A stretch of DNA of 64,000 nucleotides, taken from positions 14,841 to 78,840 of the forward strand of contig JAUYMS010000026.1 of the NCBI GenBank assembly GCA_030698625.1. The letters are read 5' to 3'. This DNA is from Candidatus Omnitrophota bacterium (GTDB taxonomy: Bacteria > Omnitrophota > Omnitrophia > Omnitrophales > Aquincolibacteriaceae). The position numbers were made by a program, and so were the translations under genes. A model generated the notes under the pieces. The model was not told the DNA's origin, ran no database searches, and saw only the letters and a list, made by a program, of their open reading frames with translations. The stretch's first letter is position 1; each line of letters begins with the position of its first letter. Positions 27,587 through 37,286 of this stretch are shown in pieces.

Positions 27587-28312
27587 ATGGAGTCTCAATT
27601 TGACTTGAAAAATGCTGTCCTCATAACCACTTTGGCGGGTCTGATTACTCTTCTCATGCCCTCTGCCCCATCCCGCGCATCCGTCATCGCGGATATCCTA
27701 ACGGCCTCCAAAGCCGTGGTCGAAGTCAATGCCGCCGGCGGCGGTTTTGTCCGCAATGACTCGGGAGGAGTCCGGGCGGTTAAATTCGAACGAAAGGGCG
27801 GCGGTATCATTATCGACGCCGCTGGAATTGTTGTCACGAATGCCCATATCGTCTCCCAAGCGGGAAGGGTGACGGTGACCCTTCAAGACAAAACGACGGT
27901 TCACGCTGAGATTGTTCATATCGCGGGAGGCCAGGATCTGGCTTTCTTGAAAATAGAGCCGCCCTACCCGCTGACCGCGTTCGTATTTGCCGACTCCGAT
28001 AGCGTAGAGCTTTCCCACAGGGTGTACGCAATCGGCAGTTCTGAGCTTCTTAAGAATACCATCAGTGAAGGTACAGTGAGCGGCTTAGGGCAAGACAGAC
28101 AAGCCGCCAGCAGTGACGGCTATAAAGTAAAGCTCCTGCGGGTAAGTTTCGAGGTGTATCAGGGAGACAGCGGCAGCCCAATCCTCAGCAGAGCCGCTGA
28201 ATTACTCGGGATCACAACAGCTGCCGAACGCTCTGGCAACCACGAGACGTTCGCTATCCCGTCTAATATCATTCAGCGACAGTACGAGGGCTATCTGGAA
28301 AGCGTCGTTTGA
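27587..28312 (+). CDS. Secreted trypsin-like (S1/DegP-core) serine protease without PDZ domains.
   Basis: Signal peptide. Catalytic His in VVTNAHIV and Ser in GDSGSPIL. GGAGG Shine-Dalgarno 7 nt upstream. Confidence 0.75.
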   Translation: MESQFDLKNAVLITTLAGLITLLMPSAPSRASVIADILTASKAVVEVNAAGGGFVRNDSGGVRAVKFERKGGGIIIDAAGIVVTNAHIVSQAGRVTVTLQDKTTVHAEIVHIAGGQDLAFLKIEPPYPLTAFVFADSDSVELSHRVYAIGSSELLKNTISEGTVSGLGQDRQAASSDGYKVKLLRVSFEVYQGDSGSPILSRAAELLGITTAAERSGNHETFAIPSNIIQRQYEGYLESVV

Positions 28313-28321
28313 GGATCGCGT

Positions 28322-28681
28322 TCAGGCTGCAAAGCCGGATGTCTTATGCTTCTTTTCGTAGATTTTCCGGGTACGGTCTTCGGTAATGCGGTATCGTTTC
28401 CAACGGCGGTGAAAAAAACGCAGGTCCAGCTTAAGCGTGCGCAAGGTTTGACGTAGGTCGGGCTGTTCGGTTTCGCCCGAGAAGGATGCAAGATAAGATA
28501 ATGACGTGCGCAGCAGCTTTAACTCTTCCAACTTTTCACCGATATAGGCTGCAAACTTCCTGGCTTCTTTGGTATCGCGCTGGGCAACCTCGGCCGCGAC
28601 CTCACCGTATTCAGCTTCCATCCGGTCCAGCAACGATTTTAGCAATTGATCATTGATATTGGTCATTCTTAAAGTCTCCAC
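28322..28681 (-). CDS. Hypothetical protein.
   Basis: 119-aa ORF predicted to be helical. No recognisable family. Confidence 0.3.
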   Translation of the reverse strand: METLRMTNINDQLLKSLLDRMEAEYGEVAAEVAQRDTKEARKFAAYIGEKLEELKLLRTSLSYLASFSGETEQPDLRQTLRTLKLDLRFFHRRWKRYRITEDRTRKIYEKKHKTSGFAA

Positions 28682-28772
28682 CCGCCCTAAGAGTATTATG
28701 TATACATAGTAACAAGCGGTATCATAGCAGACTTAGACTCAAAAAAGAATACGAAAATAGGCTAGGCTCCCT

Positions 28773-29657
28773 CTAGTCAGCTCCTTCGGGATCGTAATGA
28801 ACCGTAACATCCGCGTTGGTATACTCTCCCTTAATCTTTTGCACGAGCGATTCCGCTATGTTGTGCGCCTTCTCGAAGTCCGTCTCCCCTTGAATCTCGA
28901 TATGGAAATCCAGGAACATCTTGTCGCCCACCTGGCGGCTCCGAAAATCATGGAGTCCCATAATCGAAGCATGGTGCGCCTGAATCATTTGCCGAATCTT
29001 CTTTTCAGTGTTGGGGTCAAGGCTCCGGTCCAAGAGCTCGTCGACGGAACGCTTTAATATCTTACAGGATGCCTGAAAAATATAAACGGCAACGGCAATC
29101 GAAAGTGCGAGGTCCCAAAGGGCTAAACCCGTCCACCGCGAGAGTCCGAGAGCTGTGATAACAATGCCGTGCGTCAGGATGTCCGAGGTGAAGTGAAGCT
29201 TCTCTGTCGAAAGAATGATCGACTTGTACTTTTTGCTAGCGACATGAAGGCGCCAAACCAAGACGATTGTGGCAAGCGCAGATATGAGCATGACCACGAT
29301 ACCCGCGTCGTGATAGCGCACTTCGCTACCACGGAAGAGGCGCTTCACCGATTCGACGACCACGTAAAGTCCGCTGACAGAAATGATCAGGCTCTGAAAC
29401 AGGCCGGCCAGACTCTCAACCTTACCGTGGCCGTATTTATGCTCCGCATCCGGGGGCTTTGCCGCTTCATTAGCCGCGATAAAGTTCACCGTGGAAACAC
29501 CCGCGTCCATGGCAGAATCAAGAGCTGAGGCCAGTATCGCCATGGATCCGGTCACAATACCTGTAACAAACTTCAGCACGGCCAAAGCGAAAGCCGTCAG
29601 AATGGAAAAACTGAGAATCCTCTTGGATTGCCTTGTCTTTTCGTCGGAGGTCATCAT
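28773..29657 (-). CDS. Cation diffusion facilitator (CDF) family metal efflux transporter.
   Basis: Six-transmembrane N-terminal domain with ALDSAMDAGVS and HKYGHGKVESLAG motifs, plus a C-terminal cytoplasmic domain. Confidence 0.85.
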   Translation of the reverse strand: MMTSDEKTRQSKRILSFSILTAFALAVLKFVTGIVTGSMAILASALDSAMDAGVSTVNFIAANEAAKPPDAEHKYGHGKVESLAGLFQSLIISVSGLYVVVESVKRLFRGSEVRYHDAGIVVMLISALATIVLVWRLHVASKKYKSIILSTEKLHFTSDILTHGIVITALGLSRWTGLALWDLALSIAVAVYIFQASCKILKRSVDELLDRSLDPNTEKKIRQMIQAHHASIMGLHDFRSRQVGDKMFLDFHIEIQGETDFEKAHNIAESLVQKIKGEYTNADVTVHYDPEGAD

Positions 29658-29659
29658 GA

Positions 29660-30778
29660 CTACTTTCTATTACGTCGAAATCGGTTTGGGCTGAAGGGCA
29701 AAAGTATTTTCGGCCATTTCTCCGAGATAATGGCCTCGGCGAGCAACTCTCCGATGTGACTCGCGATAAGAATACCGCTGCGGTAGTACCCCGTTGCCAG
29801 ATAATATCCCCGCACGGCGGTCGGACCGATGATCGGCCTGCGGTCTGACGGAAAAGGCCGCAACCCGGCCCAGGAATCTTCCGTCTTCCAACGTGTAACC
29901 GCAGGAACCACTTTGCTTATGGACGTCAGAATCGACCGCCGTCCGCGGGCCGTGACCCTTGAGCGATAACCCACGAATTCCACCGTAGAACCAACCAGGG
30001 AACGGCCGGCCTCCCATGGAACAAGATAACTTCCGAGCAACGTATGTAAAATGGTCGAAACGCGTTCTCTTCCCTTAAGCAGGATGAGTTGCCCCCGAAC
30101 CGGACGGACCGGAATACGCATTCTCAATGGGGCGCTCGCCTGACTCCAGCAACCTGCAGCGTTGATGACAACTTTACCGCAAAAAGCTCGCGTACCAGCG
30201 CGCACCCCGACAACATGCGAATTTTTGATGACTGGGCTCACCGCACCCGACAATCTTTCGATCGTAACTCCGCGCTTTTTTAGCAAGTGCCCGAAAGCAG
30301 CCATGAGCTTGCGCGGATTGACCTTTCCGATTGTGGGTAAAAGCATTCCCGAGCGGACGTCGGGAGAAAGACTAGGATGCATCCGGATAAGGCGGTCTCG
30401 CGCTATCCACTTCACGGGCACCGGCAAACGCTTCTGCCAAAGGTACCTCTGCTTGAGTTTGCGCTCCTCGGACGCGTTCATCGCGACATAAGTCATGCCG
30501 ATACGCTCATAGCCCACGTCACAGCCTGTCTCTCGCTTTAGTTCCCTGACAAAAGCCGGATAGCGGCGGAACGCCTCCAAACTGAGCTTCAGAAGCGGGC
30601 CTTGCGAATTAAGCTCAAGAAAAGGATCCAGAATGCCTGCGGCATGCGGCGAGGCTTCACCTCCACCCCGAGACCGATCTAAAACCAGCACCTGCCACCC
30701 CCGACGAGCCAGACCGTTAGCAACGCCGCACCCGGCAATCCCGCCGCCGATAATAATCGCATCGAAGGTCTTCGGCAT
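29660..30778 (-). CDS. FAD-dependent oxidoreductase (DAO/ThiO-like). The start is refined to ATG 30778.
   Basis: FDAIIIGGGIAGCGVANGLARRGWQVLVLDR dinucleotide-binding motif. The upstream 64 codons of the ORF-track call would overlap the preceding gene and are rejected. Confidence 0.75.
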   Translation of the reverse strand: MPKTFDAIIIGGGIAGCGVANGLARRGWQVLVLDRSRGGGEASPHAAGILDPFLELNSQGPLLKLSLEAFRRYPAFVRELKRETGCDVGYERIGMTYVAMNASEERKLKQRYLWQKRLPVPVKWIARDRLIRMHPSLSPDVRSGMLLPTIGKVNPRKLMAAFGHLLKKRGVTIERLSGAVSPVIKNSHVVGVRAGTRAFCGKVVINAAGCWSQASAPLRMRIPVRPVRGQLILLKGRERVSTILHTLLGSYLVPWEAGRSLVGSTVEFVGYRSRVTARGRRSILTSISKVVPAVTRWKTEDSWAGLRPFPSDRRPIIGPTAVRGYYLATGYYRSGILIASHIGELLAEAIISEKWPKILLPFSPNRFRRNRK

Positions 30779-30782
30779 TACG

Positions 30783-32633
30783 TTACCCGCTCCCACCGGG
30801 CTGTAAATCACGCAAAGAGATCGGGGGCAAATAAACCCTCGGCTTGTCGCGCTGCCACCATTGCCCCGTACGCTTCCTGATCTCAAAATCAGTGAATCGA
30901 TAGTCATACACCGTCGCTCGAACAAATCGCGGGGCACGCTCCCCGAACGGATTATCCGCCAACAGGTCAAGGACGGGCTTCGATCCTTGTAACAGCCTTG
31001 CGCAAAAATTGATGAACCACGGATTCTGCCGGACGCTGCCTAGAGCGGCAAACCACATCTGCCAATCAAGCCTCGGCTGATGCGGAGCCACCCACCTCGG
31101 TCTCAGGCTAAGGTCTCCCGGCTTATATTTGAACTCATAGGGTTTCCATGTCACGCCGTTCATGGAACCCTCAACAATAATTTCCGGACGCTGCGTGGTC
31201 ATCACGGCAAACAATCCATAGGAACTCACAAGGTGAAAAGGGGCCACCGCCCGTCTTATTTGAATAAAAAGCGGCGGCCAGTCAATCTGCTTGCGGAAGG
31301 TTCGCGGCACAGCCATCACCGAGATAAGCACAATGATCGCAATAATCGGGATCGAAATCAACCTTGGCCATCGCAGGGGCGTTCTACTCGGGTGCGTCGC
31401 GGCCTCAGGCGTGAAAAAATTCCGAATTCGCTGCGGCCAAAAGGAATCGTCCACGACAAATAGACAAAGAAATATTGTGAGCCAGTTGAAGAAGGTGTAG
31501 TTGCCTGTGGCTATAAGAATCACCTGAAAACCTACAATACCCCAGAAGGCGAGATAGCGGCATCGCCTCGGCCCAAAAATCAGGAGGGGCAACGCGAGCT
31601 CAATGATAAATACCTGCGCCACGCAAAACCTCTGGAACCATTCGGGCAGTTGATGGGCATACCAGCTTACCCAATGCGGAATTGGCTGAGTCTCGTAATG
31701 ATAATTTAAGGCCAGTAGCTTGCGCCATGTGCCGTCACCACTGGACAGTTTGACGATTCCCGCGGCAAAGGTTAATCGAAAAACAAGCCATCGGTAGAGG
31801 GCCACCATGCCCCCTGAAGGTTCGACCGGATTTCTAAACCTGGAATAAAGGCAGAGGGATGCTGAAAAGATTCCCAGAAACCCCGCCTCCAGCAGCAATG
31901 TATCCCACTGAAAACTCAGGAAATCTCGCCCTACCGTCACTAACGAGAGATACAGAACCCAGCAGGCAGTCAGCGACAGCACGCGAAAAAGACCGCAGAA
32001 AATAAATAAAGAAAAGAGTGTGCCCGCAGCACACATCAGATGCAATGCTGTATCTTCGGCACTGAACCAGGCCAGGGTAGGCAATAGCGCGTAACGCTCG
32101 GAACCAACCCGCTCATGAATCACGTTAAGGAAATCAGCGGCCGGCAGAATCCCCTGGGATCCGATCAATCCGTCCACCTGAACCCAATACGAAACAAACG
32201 CAACGAGATAGGTAAGCCCGAGCAGGCTCTGGAAAAAACCATGTGTGATGCGATGGCGAGGCGGATCGAGATTGTTGCCCCAGAAAAGCAGCGTCAAACG
32301 CGAAAATAATATACGGTTGCCGGCCACCAGGGAATAGAAGGACTCCGTCACCCACTTGACGCCCGGCACTCTCCGATAGAGCCACAACAGCCATTTACGG
32401 TTTGGCGCACACGCCAAGACTCGGAATACTGCCTCGGCCCCGCCGGCAACCCTTTGCCCCTCCTCAACTAACTGAACGGATGCAAGAAACGATTCCTCGG
32501 GGATTTGCGGATAATGCGCTCCGACTTCCTGGTACGGGGCGTAGTCCACGTCTTCGCCCGTGATGAGTCGCCAGCGTTTGATCCATCGCACGCAGAAGTT
32601 GCAGTCCCCGTCATAGATTAGAAGTGGTCTCAT
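30783..32633 (-). CDS. Fusion protein: an N-terminal DCC-family thiol-disulfide oxidoreductase (DUF393) joined to a lipase-maturation-factor (LMF)-like polytopic membrane domain.
   Basis: N-terminus LIYDGDCNFCVRWI (the DCC motif). About 10 transmembrane segments. The C-terminal region has the LMF-like RLDWQMWFAAL motif. Confidence 0.55.
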   Translation of the reverse strand: MRPLLIYDGDCNFCVRWIKRWRLITGEDVDYAPYQEVGAHYPQIPEESFLASVQLVEEGQRVAGGAEAVFRVLACAPNRKWLLWLYRRVPGVKWVTESFYSLVAGNRILFSRLTLLFWGNNLDPPRHRITHGFFQSLLGLTYLVAFVSYWVQVDGLIGSQGILPAADFLNVIHERVGSERYALLPTLAWFSAEDTALHLMCAAGTLFSLFIFCGLFRVLSLTACWVLYLSLVTVGRDFLSFQWDTLLLEAGFLGIFSASLCLYSRFRNPVEPSGGMVALYRWLVFRLTFAAGIVKLSSGDGTWRKLLALNYHYETQPIPHWVSWYAHQLPEWFQRFCVAQVFIIELALPLLIFGPRRCRYLAFWGIVGFQVILIATGNYTFFNWLTIFLCLFVVDDSFWPQRIRNFFTPEAATHPSRTPLRWPRLISIPIIAIIVLISVMAVPRTFRKQIDWPPLFIQIRRAVAPFHLVSSYGLFAVMTTQRPEIIVEGSMNGVTWKPYEFKYKPGDLSLRPRWVAPHQPRLDWQMWFAALGSVRQNPWFINFCARLLQGSKPVLDLLADNPFGERAPRFVRATVYDYRFTDFEIRKRTGQWWQRDKPRVYLPPISLRDLQPGGSG

Positions 32634-32674
32634 TTAAGCCTATGATAGAATATCTCACCGTGGACGCAAGAAAA

Positions 32675-33349
32675 ATGCTTCTTTTCGATATTGACGGGAC
32701 GCTTCTCCTCACAGGCGGAGCGGGCCGAATCGCCTTTGAGGAGGTTATGGAAGAACTGTTCCAGGCGCCTAACTCCTGGGGAGAACTCGTGCCGGACGGC
32801 AAGACCGATCCCATCATTATGGAAGAGCTTGCACAAAAAAACATCGGTCGCAGTTTATCCGCAACCGAACATAAAGTAATCAAAAACCGCTACCATGAGA
32901 TTTTCGCTCGAGAAATAAACCAATCCGAGCGCTTCCGGCTTCTGCCCGGCGTCCCCGAACTGCTTGCTGCCCTGGATAATCAGGAAGCACTTCTTCTAGG
33001 CATTGCAACCGGCAACTTTGAGCTCGCCGCCCGGCTAAAACTCCGCCGCGGCGGCATTGATCAGTTTTTCCCTTTTGGCGGCTTTGGCTCCGACGCCGAC
33101 GACCGCATAACCTTGACCCGAATTGCTTTCGAACGCGGAAAAGCACGCATGAACCAACGCTTTGACCCAAGCGACGTTTTCGTTATCGGGGACACCCTTT
33201 ATGACATTGAGGCGGGAAAGGCATTGGGCGCCAAAACTATAGCCGTGGCGACCGGGCGAACGGAAGAATCGGAATTAGCAACAGCCAATCCTACTCATCT
33301 GTTTCCTGACCTGACCGACACCTCGAGCTTCCTGCGAATTGTCTCCTAG
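32675..33349 (+). CDS. HAD-superfamily hydrolase (phosphoglycolate-phosphatase-like). The start is refined to ATG 32675.
   Basis: MLLFDIDGTLL motif I and GDTLYDIEAGKALG motif IV. The ORF-track start 32624 would overlap the divergent neighbour's start. Confidence 0.75.
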   Translation: MLLFDIDGTLLLTGGAGRIAFEEVMEELFQAPNSWGELVPDGKTDPIIMEELAQKNIGRSLSATEHKVIKNRYHEIFAREINQSERFRLLPGVPELLAALDNQEALLLGIATGNFELAARLKLRRGGIDQFFPFGGFGSDADDRITLTRIAFERGKARMNQRFDPSDVFVIGDTLYDIEAGKALGAKTIAVATGRTEESELATANPTHLFPDLTDTSSFLRIVS

Positions 33350-35274
33350 ATTTCATCCCACGAACTGCGGTAGGCCCCTATGGATTCAGCATAGCTGATA
33401 AAGTGGGCATAGAAAGGAATGGTCCCCAAAGTCGCACTGTCTCCGATCACAATTAATTTCCTGCGGGCCCGGGTCATGGCGACATTCATGCGCCGCGTGT
33501 CGGCAAGAAACCCCATCTCGCCTTCCATGTTCGAACGAACCAAAGACAGAATCACGACTTCCTTTTCCCTGCCCTGAAAGCCGTCGACACTATCGACTTC
33601 GATGGCCGGATCAGAAACGCGTGAAGTCAATAAGCGCACCTGGGCGCTATAGGGACCGATGATAGCAATGTCTTCGGCACGCACTCCGAGTTTCAAGAGT
33701 TGTCCAAGTTTGTGAAGCACCAAATCAGCTTCTTCCGCATTAAAGCGGCTTTCGCTTCCCGGCTCCAACTTTTCCTCAAAACCCCGTCCTGAGGTATCAA
33801 GATAGAGAAACGTCTCCTCAGTTTCCGGGCACCGTTCCACATGCTCCAGATCGGCGAGGCAATGACTTTTGACTGACTCGTCGGCAATAAGCCGCCCGTC
33901 GTAAAATTCCCGCGAAGAAAAATTCATAATCTTTTCATTCATGCGGTATTGCGTGCGCAGAAGTGCCGTAAAATCACCTTTCAAAACTCCATAAAGACGC
34001 TCAAAGATGGTTTTCGCCAAACCTCCGGCTTCGGCTTCTATACAACGCACCGTTGGCGGCAGTTGAAAATGATCGCCTGCCAATATGACCTTTTTAGCGC
34101 GCACCATCGGAATCCAGGATGTCGGCTCGGTTGACTGACTGGCTTCGTCCATCACGACAAGATCCAGTTCTTTTCGTCTCAAGAGCCCCGACTTACCGCT
34201 CGCATGAGTTCCGACCATCACCTCAGCTTCATCCAAGACCTGATCCATAATCTGAGACTCCAACAAACGAATCTCTCTCTTGCGATGATTAATCTCGTCT
34301 TTGAGATCTCGCCTTCCCTCCCTTGACAACCCCCCGCCACGAGCGTCCTGACGCTCCAGTCTTGTATAGAGCCTGTCGAGCTCATGTTGCAAGGTATCGA
34401 TCCATTCCGTCTGGGAATGCTGGGCTAACTTAAAATCCAAGGTATACTCTCTGAGATGCCGCATAATTCGCGCCGGATGACCCAAGCGAATGGCCTTCAC
34501 TCCGGCCTTCACGAGACACTCCAGCAGATTATCGCAGGCGGTATTACTCGGAGCCGTAGCAAAGGCAAACTGACCGTTGCGGACATGCTGCTGAATGATT
34601 TCGACCAACACCGTGGTTTTTCCGGTCCCGGGCGGACCGTGTACAAGCGCCACGTCTTTGGCTTCCATGGCAACCTTAACAGCCCCGCGCTGCCACTGGT
34701 TTAGTTTTGTATTGTGGAGCTGAAGGTCTTCATCGGCGATGGGATCACCGTTCTCAGGCTTCTTTAACCCCAAACTGATATCTCGCATATGCGCCAAACG
34801 CGAATGACTAGCGGAGGCTGCTTCCCTCAGAGCTTCCCGCATGCGCTTATAGGTTGCCCGGTTGCCGGCCCGGCTCAGATGATAAACACCCTCCTCATGC
34901 AGCCATCCCGGTCTAATCCAATCGAAGGCAACTGTAATAATCGTCTTGTCCTTTTCATAGACGGTACCCATCGGAAGTTTGGCTTCGAGGACACCATCCT
35001 GAGTGAGACTGACGACGGCTCCGGTATCGAGAGAAAAGAGCGGGAGGGGTTTACCCGTCGCGTAGGAAAAACTAAGCAAATGATGGCCTGCGGCATTGAA
35101 GTGATATTCCAGGAGTTTGAGCTGAAGTAAGGCTAGGCCGGCCTTTTCTCGGTCGACGGGACTTCGATCTTGAAATTCCCGCTGGAATTGCTGAATTTCT
35201 TCTTGTTCTTCGAGGTCGATGAGACGAGTCAGTTTAGCGAAGTGGTCTTCTGCGTTTACTTTATTAGAACTCAA
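33346..35274 (-). CDS. Superfamily-1 Upf1/Smubp2-like helicase (AAA_11/AAA_12 type).
   Basis: HGPPGTGKTT Walker A, VMDEASQ, IGPYSAQV, VDGFQGREKEVVILSLVRSN motifs. Confidence 0.8.
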   Translation of the reverse strand: MSSNKVNAEDHFAKLTRLIDLEEQEEIQQFQREFQDRSPVDREKAGLALLQLKLLEYHFNAAGHHLLSFSYATGKPLPLFSLDTGAVVSLTQDGVLEAKLPMGTVYEKDKTIITVAFDWIRPGWLHEEGVYHLSRAGNRATYKRMREALREAASASHSRLAHMRDISLGLKKPENGDPIADEDLQLHNTKLNQWQRGAVKVAMEAKDVALVHGPPGTGKTTVLVEIIQQHVRNGQFAFATAPSNTACDNLLECLVKAGVKAIRLGHPARIMRHLREYTLDFKLAQHSQTEWIDTLQHELDRLYTRLERQDARGGGLSREGRRDLKDEINHRKREIRLLESQIMDQVLDEAEVMVGTHASGKSGLLRRKELDLVVMDEASQSTEPTSWIPMVRAKKVILAGDHFQLPPTVRCIEAEAGGLAKTIFERLYGVLKGDFTALLRTQYRMNEKIMNFSSREFYDGRLIADESVKSHCLADLEHVERCPETEETFLYLDTSGRGFEEKLEPGSESRFNAEEADLVLHKLGQLLKLGVRAEDIAIIGPYSAQVRLLTSRVSDPAIEVDSVDGFQGREKEVVILSLVRSNMEGEMGFLADTRRMNVAMTRARRKLIVIGDSATLGTIPFYAHFISYAESIGAYRSSWDEI

Positions 35275-35280
35275 TAATGG

Positions 35281-36504
35281 TCAACCCTTGACGACGCTTT
35301 CTTTAACTTCGATGAAGAGGTCGAGATATTGCTCCAGCAGACGTGATAGCAGAAAGTTTTTTCGCACACCTTCTTTGGCCTGCTTTCCCATACGCTCGCG
35401 CAGGTCTTTATCCTTGGCCAAAGTCACAATCCGTGCGGCGCACTCATCGACGGAGGATACAAGATATCCGTTTTCACCGTCCTGAATCTGATACCGAATA
35501 CCGCCGACATTACCGCCGATCACCGGAGTCCCCTTCCAGAGCGCTTCGGTTACGGTCAGGCCAAAACCTTCTTTGGTGGATTTCTGGATAACACATGCCG
35601 CGCGGCTCTGAAGGGCATTGACCAAAATCGTATCGTCACCGTAGGGCAGGATGCGGATCCGATCATTCTGGCTATGAAGCAGCGATTCGAACACCTCTTC
35701 CCCTTCGGGATCGTCAGTGGCGGCGTTTCCGAGCAGTACCAACGTCGCATCAACTTCTTTTTGTGCCTTGCGAAAAGCCTCGATCACACCCTGGGGATCC
35801 TTCCATCGGTCGAAACGCGAAACCTGGCAAAAAATCGGCTTATCCGTCGGGATCTTGTATTCTGCGAGCTTTGCATCCATAACCTTCTCATCCAACGGCA
35901 AATTCTTAACGCTAAAAGGATCAATCGCGGGCATGCAGAACCTCTGCGGCGGCGCGACGTCCTGTTTGTATTCCTTGATACTCGAAATCATGACGTCGTA
36001 CTTGTCCACAAATCCCTTGAGGTAGTTCCACAGCCCGGGATGAGGATTCGAAAGATCAATGTGACAGCGCCATATCCAAGGTCGGCTTCGCACATAGTAC
36101 TCGATCATCGGCAGAGGCTGGGGGTCGTGAATGATGACAAGGTCGTGATTGTGGAGATGAATTCTCACTGAATTTTCGTAAACGACTTCCTCATAGATGC
36201 GTTTTTTTTCTTCGGTGAGGTCCATCTCTCCGCCTTGGATCGCATTGTGCATGTTCTTCGTAATGAGAAAGAAGTCGGGACGTCCGATAATCGTCCTCCA
36301 CCCCGTAAGGATATTCAAACCGTTCATCAGAATGGTCATTGATGAAAGGATCTCTGCCACACCCCCACCATATCCCGTAGAGTTCACGTTGACGACATGG
36401 AGATTCTCCAATTGTTTTGCTTTCTTCAGAATGCGATCTACGGTCTCATCGCCGACGACTTTGGCATAATCCTGAATCGTTGTGAGTTTAAAGCTCTTTG
36501 TCAT
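35281..36504 (-). CDS. treT: TreT-like trehalose glycosyltransferring synthase (GT4).
   Basis: Collinear with archaeal TreT: VNSTGYGGGVAEIL, HDPQPL, PWIWRCHIDLS, QVSRFDRWKD, EGFGLTVTEALWKG. Confidence 0.75.
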   Translation of the reverse strand: MTKSFKLTTIQDYAKVVGDETVDRILKKAKQLENLHVVNVNSTGYGGGVAEILSSMTILMNGLNILTGWRTIIGRPDFFLITKNMHNAIQGGEMDLTEEKKRIYEEVVYENSVRIHLHNHDLVIIHDPQPLPMIEYYVRSRPWIWRCHIDLSNPHPGLWNYLKGFVDKYDVMISSIKEYKQDVAPPQRFCMPAIDPFSVKNLPLDEKVMDAKLAEYKIPTDKPIFCQVSRFDRWKDPQGVIEAFRKAQKEVDATLVLLGNAATDDPEGEEVFESLLHSQNDRIRILPYGDDTILVNALQSRAACVIQKSTKEGFGLTVTEALWKGTPVIGGNVGGIRYQIQDGENGYLVSSVDECAARIVTLAKDKDLRERMGKQAKEGVRKNFLLSRLLEQYLDLFIEVKESVVKG

Positions 36505-36619
36505 CGTCCGTGCCTCCTTAGAAAATTAGCTGGCTCGGTTGCGGGTTCTTTGGTTATGGGGTGTCTTCAGTTAAATCGGCAAATCAGCGAAGGAAGTTAA
36601 GCCCTGTTGCCAAAACGGT

Positions 36620-36841
36620 TTAATCCTCATCCTTGCGCTGCCCGTTTTTCCACCAGTCGGCGGGATCATCTTCTTCCCACTTCTGCAGGCGTCCGCCGCC
36701 CATGCGCCATAGGCCATATAGCATCAGTGCAAAAACAGGCAAAAATAAGAGAATGCTTCGGGTGAGGAACAGAATGGTCACGACAAAGGAGAATACGGCA
36801 ATTAGGGCTATTCTTGTGCTCTCATTAGGCGGTATCTTCAT
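36620..36841 (-). CDS. Small membrane protein of 73 aa. Uncertain.
   Basis: Two predicted transmembrane helices and a GLWRMGGG motif. It lies between yjbQ and treT on the same strand. No clear Shine-Dalgarno. Confidence 0.3.
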   Translation of the reverse strand: MKIPPNESTRIALIAVFSFVVTILFLTRSILLFLPVFALMLYGLWRMGGGRLQKWEEDDPADWWKNGQRKDED

Positions 36842-36866
36842 CTAAAATAAAGTGTAACACATACAC

Positions 36867-37286
36867 CTAAATTCCCATAACCTGCAAGAGCACCTCCCTC
36901 TTCCTAGGCCTATTGTCAAAATCGATTAAAACAACCTGCTGCCAGGTCCCCAGGACGAGCTCGTGATCGACAATGGGTACCGTCAGAGAGGGCTTCAGAA
37001 GTGAAGCGCGAACATGCGAGAAACCATTGCCATCATGCCAGGTCTCCTCATGATGATAGTATTGGTCCTGCGGTGCCAAACGCTCAAAAAAATCCTTCAA
37101 GTCCTGGACAAGCCCGGGTTCATATTCGACGGTTGTCAGTCCTGCCGTCGACCCGATCACAAAGAACGTCGCCTGGCCGTTTTTAACACCTCCGGACTTA
37201 ACATTCGCTTGGCCTTCCGGGGTCAGGTCGTGGATATCACCGTAGCCTTCCGTCTGAACCCGCACCTTGTAGGTCTCTATTTTCAT
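36867..37286 (-). CDS. YjbQ/UPF0047 family protein (secondary thiamine-phosphate synthase fold).
   Basis: HTTAGLTTVEYEPGL, HEETWHDGNGFSHVRASLLKPS, LVLGTWQQVVLIDFD motifs. Confidence 0.8.
   Translation of the reverse strand: MKIETYKVRVQTEGYGDIHDLTPEGQANVKSGGVKNGQATFFVIGSTAGLTTVEYEPGLVQDLKDFFERLAPQDQYYHHEETWHDGNGFSHVRASLLKPSLTVPIVDHELVLGTWQQVVLIDFDNRPRKREVLLQVMGI

Noticed and set aside
30779-30970. 64-codon N-terminal extension of the FAD oxidoreductase ORF.
   Set aside because: It would overlap the preceding gene by about 190 nt. An internal ATG at 30778 placed just before the GxGxxG motif gives a clean 4-nt intergenic gap.
32624-32633. Divergent genes with apparently overlapping start codons (DCC-LMF and HAD).
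   Set aside because: It is resolved by moving the HAD start to ATG 32675, directly ahead of the DxDGT motif. The overlap is an ORF-calling artefact.
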